From the NCBI GenBank assembly GCA_937625935.1, contig OW569376.1, forward strand, positions 401,304 to 465,303: 64,000 nt of DNA, written 5' to 3'. A model generated the notes under the pieces. It was not told the DNA's origin. It saw nothing but the letters and a program-made list of their open reading frames with translations, and made no database searches. How positions within the stretch are numbered: position 1 is the stretch's first letter; every line of letters starts with the position of its first letter. Of this stretch, positions 52,044 to 63,205 are shown piece by piece. The translations under genes were made by a program, and so were the position numbers. This DNA comes from Tetramitus jugosus (taxonomy: Eukaryota; Protista; Heterolobosea).

Positions 52044-52486
52044 TGTGGTCATACTCATTCACTGGCTCTTTCAGCACCAGGTAGAGCTATTTGTCACTGT
52101 TGTTTCTCATGTCTCTTCTGGTAAGGACTATTCAATCGCAACTACCGTAACTGGTGAAGTGTTTGAAAGATAGAGGTCAATTGGGAGATGGAACCACTGT
52201 AACAAGATTATTATTACCCACAGCACCTTTAGCATACAATGAACTGAAAGAATACGAGAAAGCAATATCAGACTTCACCAAAGCAATAGAGACCAATCCT
52301 GCTCTTGACTATGCCTACAACAACAGAGCTTGCGCATACCTTGATTTGAAAGAATACAAGAAAGCAATATCAGACTTCAACAAAGCCATAGGAATCAATC
52401 CTGATCTCGAAGAAGACTGTATGAGGTATGTGAGGATAATGTGTCCCACTGATCAGTTTACAGCTCCCTTGGAGCGCTGTGAGTGA
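52044..52486 (+). pseudogene. Chimeric RCC1-repeat and TPR fragment
   Basis: CGHTHSLALS..G, VSSGKDYSIATTVTGEVF and RGQLGDGTT (RCC1 pieces in different frames) run directly into AYNELKEYEKAISDFTKAIETNP (TPR). Confidence 0.65.
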
Positions 52487-53135
52487 CACAGGTGTTCTTC
52501 ATAAAAACATTGAAACGAGGACAAAGATTTCCCTGCCAGCATGCCACAAAACACAATTAAATGGTGGAATTCGTCTTCATCTTTCGTTAACTTCAATTCC
52601 GTGGATACAAATGCGTGTGCAATGCTCGTTTCAGACAACTGAAACTGCTGGGAGAGTATGATCAGGCGGTCATGAGACCCATCTTCATCTGCCTACCTCC
52701 TATGTACATCAAAAGTTTACTATTGGAACACATGTTGGTGTGATAAACCGTTGTCAGTACTCCAGTGGATCGTGGAGCTTCTTCATCACATTTATCATCA
52801 CCACCATCATCATCACCTGTTGATTTCAAACGTGATGGGTAACCATGAAAGAGCCCTTTTGAACCCTTTTGATCTTCAATCTGATCAGATGAAATCATTC
52901 CTGACAGACTCAAAGAAGACATCAACTTCAGTAACGATGTGACTGTTCTCTTCCTGTTTTTCTGACCAAACTCTCCAAAGAATTCACATCCGAAAATTTA
53001 AAATTTGGACAAGTATGAGTTTAAGTTAAGGCGAGAGTGCAGGTGAACGGCAATTGGACTCTCTTTTCCGAGGGTGTTTGACAACGACCAAGGATGTATC
53101 TATTTCTCTCCCCTACGAGAGGTCTATTGATTGGA

Positions 53136-53842
53136 TCATACTTGGGATTGAACTACTGACAACTGAGGGAGATGAATTGGATAATCTAGAAGTGGAAGAT
53201 GTTGAGGTTTATTGTTTTGATCAAAACCCTGTTCGAGGGAACTTGAATATTGAAAAAATTGGCTCCTACTTCCAAAAGGTGTAAAGGAGAAACAAAGCGG
53301 ATGAAAAACACTCTTACATGAGCGATAGTAGTCATGATCTTCGCAACCAGCATGACATTGACAATCACCACAAATATGTTCCCAACAACTACATGCATTA
53401 CCACATATTCCGAAACATGAATTTTTGCATTTCCTGTAGGGACATACTTCATTCTCATTCATGCGCACTCGAGCTTTGGTTCTCTATTGATTCTGTACTT
53501 GTATGTTCGAGCATTATGTACCCACAATGCGAAAATGTGAAATTTGGCTGCTAAATCATCATTCTTGCCATGAAATCCCAAATCTGCCAATTCAACGGAA
53601 TGCATTCTGGAATCATCAGAGTAGAAGGCAAGTTAGCCACTTGTTGGAAATATTCTGCCTTTTGAATCTCTGGTATTATTGGTGATAATGTGATCCAGGA
53701 TAATCAAAGTGTCTTCTTTACCACTATTACCATCTGCTGAGATGCTTGCCACTATCGCACCATTCAATAACTCCATGTTCAATTTATCTACCAATTCACT
53801 CTCCACCTTGGTTTCAGGGATATTCTGCCATTCTCCAATCAA
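53136..53842 (-). pseudogene. Remnant of a Cys-rich, probably secreted protein
   Basis: CFGICGNACSCWEHICGDCQCHAGCEDHDYY in ORF 53136..53468; upstream frame (LGFHGKND..FHIFAL) is interrupted by a stop at 53633-53635 and a frameshift. Confidence 0.55.
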
Positions 53843-54446
53843 TCGGTTTATCAGTCTCTATGTTTGTTCCTAGCTGATACCTTTATACTGATAACTAGAA
53901 GAACAGAAGGACCCAGTTTGAAGTTTGACTAGTCTATTGCTTCATCTCCTCATTCTGAAAAATTCCATCGCGAATCAATTCCCCCAACGTGATTTGATGG
54001 ACACCTCTTGCAACTCGAATATTACTCAGAAGATTGAAGTTGACCACAAATTTCTCAAAGGCAAGGTTGCTGTCAACACTTGGTGACAGAAGCTGAACAA
54101 CATCCAGGAGAAAATGAGAAGTTTGGAAACTGATATCACGCTTGAGTACGTGGAATCATATGAGAGGAACAGTTATTACATAAACTCCATCTGCTTTTTA
54201 AGGTGGCGTGAAGAAATTCCAAAGAGTTGAGACGACAGGAATTCATCCAGTTACTTTGTTGAAAATCTCATGTCATTAGAGGTTTGAAGTACTTTTGTAA
54301 AGACTGAAGTTTGAGAACGAAAGAGCCAGTGTCTCTTATTCTTCCGTCTTCTCCTGGATCATTATCAGAATCCGTAAATATCTGTCCTTTCTTAGAAGAA
54401 TTCTCGTACTTACCCAGTTTTCAATTAACAAGCAGTTGTTGTTACT

Positions 54447-56274
54447 TTATTCTTGACTTGCAACTTCGAACCATTGATCAAATGTGAGACCATCAGGATC
54501 AGGTTTCTCTGTTTCTTTTGTCACTCCATACTCTGCCAACAGTCGTGTGATGGTATCGAGAATTTCAGAATTTGGAGACATAATATCAAAGCTGTGGTAG
54601 GCTATGCGCAATGCGCTCATATAGGTATTGTGATAGTATTGATCATCACTGAAAAAGAATAGTGTTGGATCGGCGCCACACTCGATAAACCATCTCACCT
54701 TTTCGTAATTTCCTTCTGAATAGGAAAATTGGAGATTACGACCAAGAGTGGTGGAATATTGGATGACCATGTTCTACTACTAATCTTGTTTGGGTCTGCC
54801 CCATGATTTGAGAGGAATTGGAACATTTTGAAGGTAAATCTATCAGAGGTCAGATAATTGAATACTGGCAAGTGAGAAACACTTCCACCAGCATCCAATA
54901 ACAATTCCATGCATTGGATAATCTCGAGTTCTTCAGTAGATCTATGAGGCTCCAGTAGGGACAAAAACGGATCATTAATCGAATAATGATACTGATTTTC
55001 TTGGTCAACCACGGGTTTCATTCTTAATCCACGTGAGTACAAGTATTGTATCAACTCAAATGGCTTCGATGATGACTTGGATATGACAGCAGAAGTAAAG
55101 GCATGCTCTGATATGGATGAAATTTCAATTTGATACTTCTCGATAATTGAATCCAAGACAATTCGTAGTCAAAAATGGAGTGATAGCACTCATTATGGTA
55201 CGCTGGACGACTACCCAAAACTGAGACGAGCATTTCTTTTCGATTGGGCTCGTACACTTCTTCAAGAATGAGATCAATCATATCTAGACTGACAAATTCT
55301 TTGATGGCAACCGAAAGAGGTATAGAAGACATCAGTGTGTCTTCTGTCGTCACTGTTGAGTTGAAAAGGAGTTTCTTTTGAGTGGTCTTGTTCTGAATAA
55401 TACCTTGGTTGTGCAAAGGAATAAACTCTCTCAAGAGTTGCAAATTTTTCATCTTGATTGTGAGGAGAAGTGGTGACTGACCATTGCCTTCTTCACTTGC
55501 ATCAATATGATATTCATTCACAAGTTGTTTGAGAAGAAGAATAATTCTTTGTATTAAAGAGTCAGTATCTTCACTGTTAACAGAAAGATCTTCCTTCGAT
55601 CTTAATAGAATCCCACTGACAAAATAAAAAAGAAAGCTCTTGCTGCTATACTTGGTGTTCCAGAGGATGGTTTCTTGACGCTGAATTCGCATCAACTCTT
55701 CCTCTTGCTCCTCGGATGAGTCACCAGTAAACGCACTCAAATTATTGTTCTTCACAGCTTCTTCAAACAATTGAAACATCTCTTCGATCGATTGTGCATC
55801 TCGCATTCGTTTCAAAATCTTAATCATATTGGTCCTCAACCGCCGAATCACGCCACTATAGAACAATTGTTTCAAACTGTTATAAATGGAAAAGACAGCG
55901 TGCTGACGACTGAAGTCTTCACCTGCGTCACCTATTTGATTGCCGTCATCATCATCACCGCTACTATCCATATCATGATGAGTTCTGCTGCGAGACTCAA
56001 ATCGTCTCAAAAGTTCTTCTTGATTCTTCAATTGCTTGCACAATTGACGAGTAATCTTGACCGTCTTTTTCTGATTCTCTGGCAGTTTCAAATAGGCAAT
56101 CTCAGCCATCAAGTAATAATTGAGTTGATTCATCCAGATGAACTTTGCATGATCAGATGCGGTCATCTGACCATGCAATGAAGGACATGTGAGAAGTAAG
56201 GAGCGTACAGAACATAAATCAAGAAATAAAGTAATGTCATACAGACAATCGAACGGAAGACTAATGAGTGACAT
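54447..56274 (-). pseudogene. F-box plus ankyrin-like gene broken by two frameshifts
   Basis: ATG 56274 MSLISLPFDCLYDITLFLDLCSVRSLLLTC (F-box); GQSPLLLTI, LLLDAGG, NHGADPN, ECGADPT spread over overlapping ORFs 55051..56421, 54695..55156 and 54447..54770. Confidence 0.7.
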
Positions 56275-56339
56275 GTGTGAAAAGAGAGGACAACAAATTT
56301 GTTTGTTTTTGTTCGCTGCGATTTGTTCTTGTGCAAGGT

Positions 56340-56425
56340 TCCAAAGCATAAGTTGTTTCCAAAAACCAATGTTGGGTGGAGCCATGCAATGGACATAGAC
56401 AACATGATTGGGATCCTTCATTCAT
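56340..56425 (-). pseudogene. Dual-specificity phosphatase fragment with internal deletion
   Basis: DPNHVVYVHCMA joined almost directly to PNIGFWKQLMLW; in DSPs these motifs are separated by the rest of the CX5R loop and two helices. Confidence 0.55.
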
Positions 56426-57251
56426 TGACCCATTACCCATCAGACCATTGGACCCGAGAGAAAGATTCACGTCTTCAACTCCTATGACATTTTCCTTTGC
56501 TTCGATGGCAGAACATTGCCAACAACAAGCCGATTCATCGATACACGATTTTTTTCTCAACGAAGGCAATGGTAAAGAGAGATTTGACCACACTTGTTTC
56601 CTGTCCTCGAATCAGGCAAGATCATGATTCACAACTATCCACAACAATCTGAGCAAGGAATGAGGAACGAAAAGGAATGAACGAGCAATGAATGAGCAAC
56701 AAGAAGCAATAACTTTGGATTATGAGTGCTCCAGAGGAAAAATCTTCAAAGGAGCACGAAGGAGATTAAAGATGCTGTCTAACAACGGTGTCATCCTTTC
56801 TGGAAGAAGTGAGAACTAAAGGTGGAAGCACTATTATGTACTACTCGCTCTCATCGTTCCAAGTCTGTTGCTAGTGGCAGTTGTGGGACCGTTTGTGTGG
56901 ACAATGTGAAAACCAAATCATTCAGCGATGATTACCTCACTTCACGGAGAAATTTCAATATCAAGCTTTGGACGAAAGGGTGAAGATTGAGATTTATTTG
57001 ATGAGACACGTTCAAATTACCCACACCATGCAGCGAATTTGCAGTGAAAGTGACTCAGTTCTCTTGCGGAACGGTAGCCGTGGCGTCCTCAATGCATCAT
57101 TTCCTCACTGCTACGAGGCTTTCTCGATTTTCTTGGAGTCTGGGCTAAACTGGCTCGAGGTGAAACGATTGATCTTGAAACGATTCCGCAGGACTGGTCT
57201 CACACTCCTGGGCGATTTTTCACTGAGCACAACAACTCGACATCGCAAGCT

Positions 57252-57721
57252 GTGTCCCCACCACCTCCAAAAGGCTATGAAGTACTAAGTTCTGTGCCAA
57301 CAGCTTCTGCTGCTGAAAATTCACTTGTTTTCTCAGCAGCAGAAGTTCAAAGATGGAAAATTACTGAAAACTCTTTGGCCAATTTGAAAAACGATTTCAC
57401 ATCTGCTTTGGAAGATTGTTTCGATACATGGATCTCATCGGGTGATGTATTAACTGCTCTGCTGTGGGTGTAATGACACCTCGAGCTCGCCAAAGTGCAA
57501 AGGTTCCCCAAATGCGTTCCAGCGAGGAATCAGGAACTGGGACTATTGCAATGGCAGCAGATGGACGAGACCGTTCTCCGAATAAGAACATGATTGGAGG
57601 ACATTATTTCGGAAACTTCAATGTTCTTTTCATGACCACGGTTCCTCTCTCTCGCATTTCTTCTTGTGTTGAGTGGTATATCCATATCAAATGCAAAAAG
57701 GGCTTAACAGTTTACGGATAG
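57252..57721 (+). pseudogene. BAHD/transferase-family acyltransferase fragment
   Basis: LANLK..WISSGDVLTALLW, then a stop/frameshift, then RAR..AMAADGRDR..YFGN; order and spacing match the C-terminal half of CoA-dependent transferases. Confidence 0.6.
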
Positions 57722-57829
57722 ATCAACCTGTTGATCGATGCACTGGCTCACGAGAGAGATTCTGTACAGTTGTTCAGAAGATCGCCTGATTACCTGACAG
57801 AGAACGGGACAGAAACCAGAGACTGACCA

Positions 57830-58617
57830 ATGATCTATTCACTAACCTACAATTACTGGATGGAAGGGTATTTTCCAGAGAAACTGGTCAGCGGATCTAC
57901 AGACGCCCAGTTCATGGACAGTAATACTAGAACCACACTTCTCAACATAATGAATGTGTTTTCTCAACAAGCTGGGATGGAATCAGCGATTGGTTATTCT
58001 GGGTTCCTGAATGTGATATAAGAACAACGAAAAGCTAGAATAGGAGGTCAAGGTGTGTTTTCTAGTGGCATTCTCAACTCTCTTACGCAAAGACTTCTTG
58101 TTGAATCAATGGAAAACTACTACAGACAATAATCTTCACTCTTACTATGACGAAATGGTTGATAAAACTCTTCTGACATCAATCAAGATGTTCGTTCCCA
58201 ATGAATTCTTGTCCCAAATTGGATTCAACGATACTACCGAGGTTGACAGAGGAAAGTGTATGGAAAGAGATATCACTATATTAACTGTAGATATCATCAA
58301 GAATATTGACAAGATGAACTCATGATCTGTGGGGAGATATTCAAAAGTATCGAACTCTACACGTGATAGAATAGAGTTTGCTAAGAACATCTGGAAGAAC
58401 TACTTCTATTCACATGATCAACATCAACGAGAGGTTGAGAGAATCTGTGAGAACTGGTATCGCAAATATTGAACAGAACGTATTCCAGACTGATGATTCC
58501 TTCATTGACAGCACTGAGAAGGAAATGGAACTATTGATGAACGATATCTATGCCAGAGTCAAGACAAATGTATCATTTGTACTGTGTGTTGCTCAAACTA
58601 GTCAAGCTCCAGCATAA
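57830..58617 (+). pseudogene. Class III nucleotide cyclase-like plus RGS domain remnant
   Basis: FVPNEFLSQIG..DITILTVDI (pre-catalytic cyclase motif), then RGS-like pieces WGDIQKY, AKNIWKNYF, ININERLRESV, EKEMELLMNDIYAR across frameshifts. Confidence 0.55.
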
Positions 58618-59444
58618 GCCTTATCTCAATATATGACTTTGTAATCTCATGTCAGCAGATGGCATCGAAGAATATATCAACACTCTTCTATCGATGCCAA
58701 TCCAAGAGTTAGCTCGTTTTATCCTTTTCAAATGCACCCAAAGCTCCAAATAATGTAAGTGGATCAAAGTCAAGACCATTAGAGTAGTGACCTCCACAGG
58801 CCTGCACACCCATCTGACCATTGACATCCTTTGTGGTCATGAGTTCATCCTCACAAAAGTAATACTGGAGAGAGTGTTCATGCCTGAGAGTCTCTTCCTT
58901 TGTGCAGTCTTCCTTGTCAAACACATTTCTGCAACAACGACACTCTTGATTCAGGACTGGAACAGGATCCATGCCTGAAATGAATGAAAAGCCTTGTTGC
59001 TCGAGATTGTCAGTGTACACCTTCTAGTCATCCTTTCCCTCTTTTGTGACAACAGTGGCATTGACCGAGTTGGTCTTGGGTCAGACATCTTTGACAGACA
59101 CGACTTATGACCACAACACTTGGACTGAGTTTCATGAGTGCAAGCGGGACACACTAGCAACCAGTGTGCAACTCTGTCGAATGCCGTGAAAATCTTTTTG
59201 AGCATGAGCTGAAAACAAATTGCTTCTTCACTGCCGAGTTGAATGCCAATGTGCTGGAAGAATACCTTGCCATCAACACACAACGTTTCTGGCATGAGAT
59301 ACCAGACAGATGGAGAACCAAGCACTTCAACAACACGATTCCAAACGTCAAACTGTTCAATGCGAACAAAATTTTGTTGAAGTTCAATGAAATTGGCAAG
59401 CAACAAGATTTTTTTTTAAAGCGTGATTTCATCGTCGTATCATC

Positions 59445-60197
59445 ATGGGCGAAGAGTTCCACACACGCCATGGAGAAATTGTTGAGGTGCTACAATCCAT
59501 ATGTGTGCAATGTTCGACAGAAGAATTTGAAAGGGAAGCCCGAGAATTTACTCAGAACGAGCTTCGATTGCTTCTCTCTTCACAAGAATATCAACGACAC
59601 CAACAGAGAAATCAACAATCACCACTTCACGATTCGCCAGACAGTTCTACAGACAAAATCAATGCAAAAGAAGCTTACGTAAAAGTTTTTCTTCTTGAGG
59701 GTCTGATTTTTTGGCTCTTTGAGATGACACTCTCGGTATTGGGCTTATCTCATATCAGTAATATTACAGCTGTTTCGGCTGTAATATTATTTGTGACTGC
59801 TATCACACGCACAGGGCATGTGAGTACAATTATTCTACCACTAGTTCTTGTTGATCATTCACAACAAGTAATTGGAACTGGAAGAGTTGTGATTAGATGG
59901 TGTATTATGGTGTTTGCAATGTTTGCAATCTTGGTTCCTATAACGCTTATGGCGACCTTATTAGAGTTAACTCTCCCTCAAAATCATCTGACACTAATGA
60001 TATTCACATGTATATCCTTTGCGATTACGGATTACTTACTAGGTTATCGTTTTGCTTTACGTAAAACATCGCTGTGGGAGACTGTTGAACGCAGCAAGTG
60101 GTATAATGATCTGGTTCTATTCATAACTTGTTATTTGGTAATCAAATTTGTTCAATACATTGAGTATTGGGCAATTAATATGTCTGGGGATGAATAG
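59445..60197 (+). CDS. Hypothetical multi-TM ORF, possibly a chimeric or decayed fragment
   Basis: 250-aa ORF with a hydrophobic C-terminal two-thirds and AATAAA just after the stop; overlaps another ORF and lies in the decayed region. Confidence 0.35.
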   Translation: MGEEFHTRHGEIVEVLQSICVQCSTEEFEREAREFTQNELRLLLSSQEYQRHQQRNQQSPLHDSPDSSTDKINAKEAYVKVFLLEGLIFWLFEMTLSVLGLSHISNITAVSAVILFVTAITRTGHVSTIILPLVLVDHSQQVIGTGRVVIRWCIMVFAMFAILVPITLMATLLELTLPQNHLTLMIFTCISFAITDYLLGYRFALRKTSLWETVERSKWYNDLVLFITCYLVIKFVQYIEYWAINMSGDE

Positions 60198-60769
60198 GGT
60201 TGCATTCAATAAAGATCATTATATCCATCGAGGGAGAACATCAATTACACCTCATCAATTAATGTCATCTGTTGCGCTCCAATGCTTGGTCTCTTTCACC
60301 AAGTCGTGTTGTCGCTTTTGGAGCTTCAGGTTCTTGAACAAGTTGAGCCGATCCAACCAAACTGCAATGAAGGAACACCTTGTGTCACGCTTGCAATCTG
60401 TTTCCACTATCATTTGATGATTGGATTTACCTCGTTTGCTCTAGTTAGTGGCCATGCCTTGTTTGATTGACGACCGCTCGATTCTTCGCCTTGGGCAACA
60501 AAGCCAATCATGAACAGCTCATCAATCGAGTGTTGAAAAAGAAGGCATCCAAAGCCTGTTGGTCTGAAATGTCAGTGTCTTCCGGAGGGCATGATGGTAC
60601 ATGAGCAATCGTTTGATGACAAACAATTTGTCTTGGATTTGGGTTTGGGTAGGACTTATAGTAGTGCTTTTGTTGTGACACTGGTTGTTTCTCCTTCACG
60701 TAAGGAATACAATACCTACAACAAGAACAACAAGCAAAAACCATGAGAGGATCAACTGACATGTCAGTT

Positions 60770-61260
60770 CATAAACTCCAGGTTGTGGAACATTATTCAT
60801 ATGAACTATTTTCGGTGGACTGAATTGAGTTGTATCCAACCGACAATAACCAACAAGATGGAGCAGCGATACAGTAACTTGTACAATAAAATTTTGCAGA
60901 AACAAGACCATCCTGACTTTGTGGATGGTTTGATGAAGGACAAGGAAATTAACGTTCTAGATGGTGATACCATCATCAATGACCACTTGTTGGATGATAT
61001 AGATCTATTAACTCAAAATCTCATCAAGAGAACGGCTCTCGATGAACACAAAAGGTCTTCCAGCCTATCAAGAGAATGGCAAAAACAAGAATCAAGAACA
61101 CTTGATCAAATTCTGCGTGAAAGCCCACAAAAGAGAACAATTCAATCTCGGTTTGACACCTCTTTCGTTGAAACGTGCACATGAAGAGAGTAGCACCGAA
61201 AGCGTACAGCTAGAAACCACAGAACCGGCGCCAAAGAGAAGCAAAAGGACCGGAAACGTG
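60770..61260 (+). mobile_element. Possible MULE/Mutator-like transposase relic
   Basis: LWNI..TITNKMEQRY..N..HPDFVDGL resembles the WN..TNNxxE..HP..F region around the catalytic Glu of MULE transposases; no intact DDE domain or TIRs seen. Confidence 0.3.
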
Positions 61261-61547
61261 GGATACACCAACCTGCTACCCAACCAGCACAGGAGTCACG
61301 TAGTTCCTTGCAATCACCATCACCGCCACCATCACCGCCACCAATACCACCATCATCATCATCATCTCTAATACCACCACCTCTCGTTGAACTTTTGTTG
61401 GTTCTGGTCAACTGGGTAAAAACAAAAACCTTGAGACCAAAAAAAAGACAAAAACAAGAAAACAAAAAGATGAGTTCTGGCGCTCCAACAGGAATCAGAT
61501 CCCTTAGGCGTCGTCGTATTGTTGCTGACGGAGACTTAGCTATCACA

Positions 61548-61568
61548 TGGGTTGGGTTTGGGTTTGGG
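61548..61568 (+). repeat. Interstitial telomere-like tract
   Basis: TGGGTTGGGTTTGGGTTTGGG, same orientation as the terminal array. Confidence 0.75.
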
Positions 61569-62217
61569 TCTGTCTTGTTGTTAAGGAAAACCCGAGAATT
61601 TAGCTGTATTTGGTATCAGAGCGTTGAAATTTACAGTTTAGTGTAAAAAAAAAAATTGAGTTCGGTTGAGTTGTGGCTTATAGGTTGAGGGAGTAAAAAG
61701 AAGACATATAGGACAAGAGCTGCATGGCTTTTGGAGTCTATTATCAGATCGGATATATTGAGGTTCAACGAACAGGGAGGTTCACGGTCCAGGACCGTGA
61801 AATGATTTCCTGTATTTCATCTCAGGTCATTTGTCAGTGGAGCTTTTTGGATCCAGCAAAGAATTTCGACGAATGAGCGAAGTGATTGTAACGGATTAAG
61901 AAGGAATACCACACAGCAACATGAATATGCCAGAAGACTTGTGAAGGAGTTCAACCTGAAATACAATGGCAGTCAATAGTTAACTATATTTTGTCTTGAT
62001 CATGATCTGTGACTACTAATTACGACTTATAAATACGCCGCAACCTGATTTTTAAGTAGTTTGATTTGATGTCTTTCTGATCTATCTGTTTCCTCCATTG
62101 TATCCTGTTGCATTTTACGTTTGTTTTATCGTGAACACTGGTGATACATCCTCAAACTTCGACTCTATTTTTTGGATCAACTTGCCTTCAATAGTATCTA
62201 TACTAAAGTGCAAGTGA

Positions 62218-62600
62218 TTTCTGTTGAAACGCAGATTTCGGTTGCATCGACCTCCAACCAGCATATAAACCCAAATCCCACCCTTTTTTACTTTTTGATT
62301 TTATCTGCAGAATAGGTCGTAGGGGGCTCTGTAGTCATTCAATGAATCTTCAATTGTATCTCTGTTGAATCGCAAACTAATTATGTCAAAAGTACATTTA
62401 GGGTTGACTTCTCCTCCAACCAGTGTATAAACCCTTACCCAACCTTTTTTCTTTTTGACTGTTCAGGACTCAGAGCATTTCTACGTCCTAATTATCATAT
62501 CTGTTCGTAATCTATTGGTTCTGAAGTTATTTACATTGAAAATGCATGTCAGAGGTTCAATCTGTATCCAACCATCTAATAAACCCTTACCCAACCTCAA
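62218..62600. repeat. Degenerate subtelomeric tandem repeat, three copies, period about 150-165 nt
   Basis: CCTCCAACCAGCATATAAACCCAAATCCCACC (62251), CCTCCAACCAGTGTATAAACCCTTACCCAACC (62413), ATCCAACCATCTAATAAACCCTTACCCAACC (62566). Confidence 0.7.
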
Positions 62601-63205
62601 TTTTATGTCATGATTGGTGCAAGAGTGAAGTGAACATAGATTCTCTGATACCGAGAGTGTTATTAAGTCTCCTATTATGCTTTACAAGATAAAATCTATG
62701 CTTGGTTAGAGTTTCATTCTCCTGCAGCTTTCAACGATTCCTAGAATGTATTGAACCAAAAACACAAGTAATCAACCAGGTATTAACATGAATCATGATG
62801 CATAAACTTCAAACTACGAGGTAAATGACTCAATAGTTGAATAAAGACATTTCAAAGTCAGCACAGAAGTCTTGATTACACACCAATCCGCGGAAGAAGA
62901 AATTCAGCGCGGGCAACAATAGTTAAGAAGTATCATGAAGTGAATCACAATAGAACAACATGTTATCTACATATTCTATTGTAAAGAATTAAAAAACATA
63001 TTGAAACGAAGGAGGGTGCAAGTCCCGAAAATTCTTTGATTTACAAAAGAGCATAAAACAGAATTTCTGATGCACTGATCGAAAGGAACCAACATACTTG
63101 TTAAACATAGATAAAGAAGGTGAATATTTGAAATCAGGGTGAAAAATAGTCAGAGAAATGTGTTGGTAAACTTTTTGAGTTTTTAGGTAGAAAAACAAAT
63201 TGAAG

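Noticed and set aside
53990-54240. SLETDITLEYVES, faintly like the NLE domain of Ytm1/WDR12
   Set aside because: Match too short and interrupted by stops.
58700-59440. Cys-containing ORFs suggesting zinc fingers
   Set aside because: No consistent ligand spacing on either strand.
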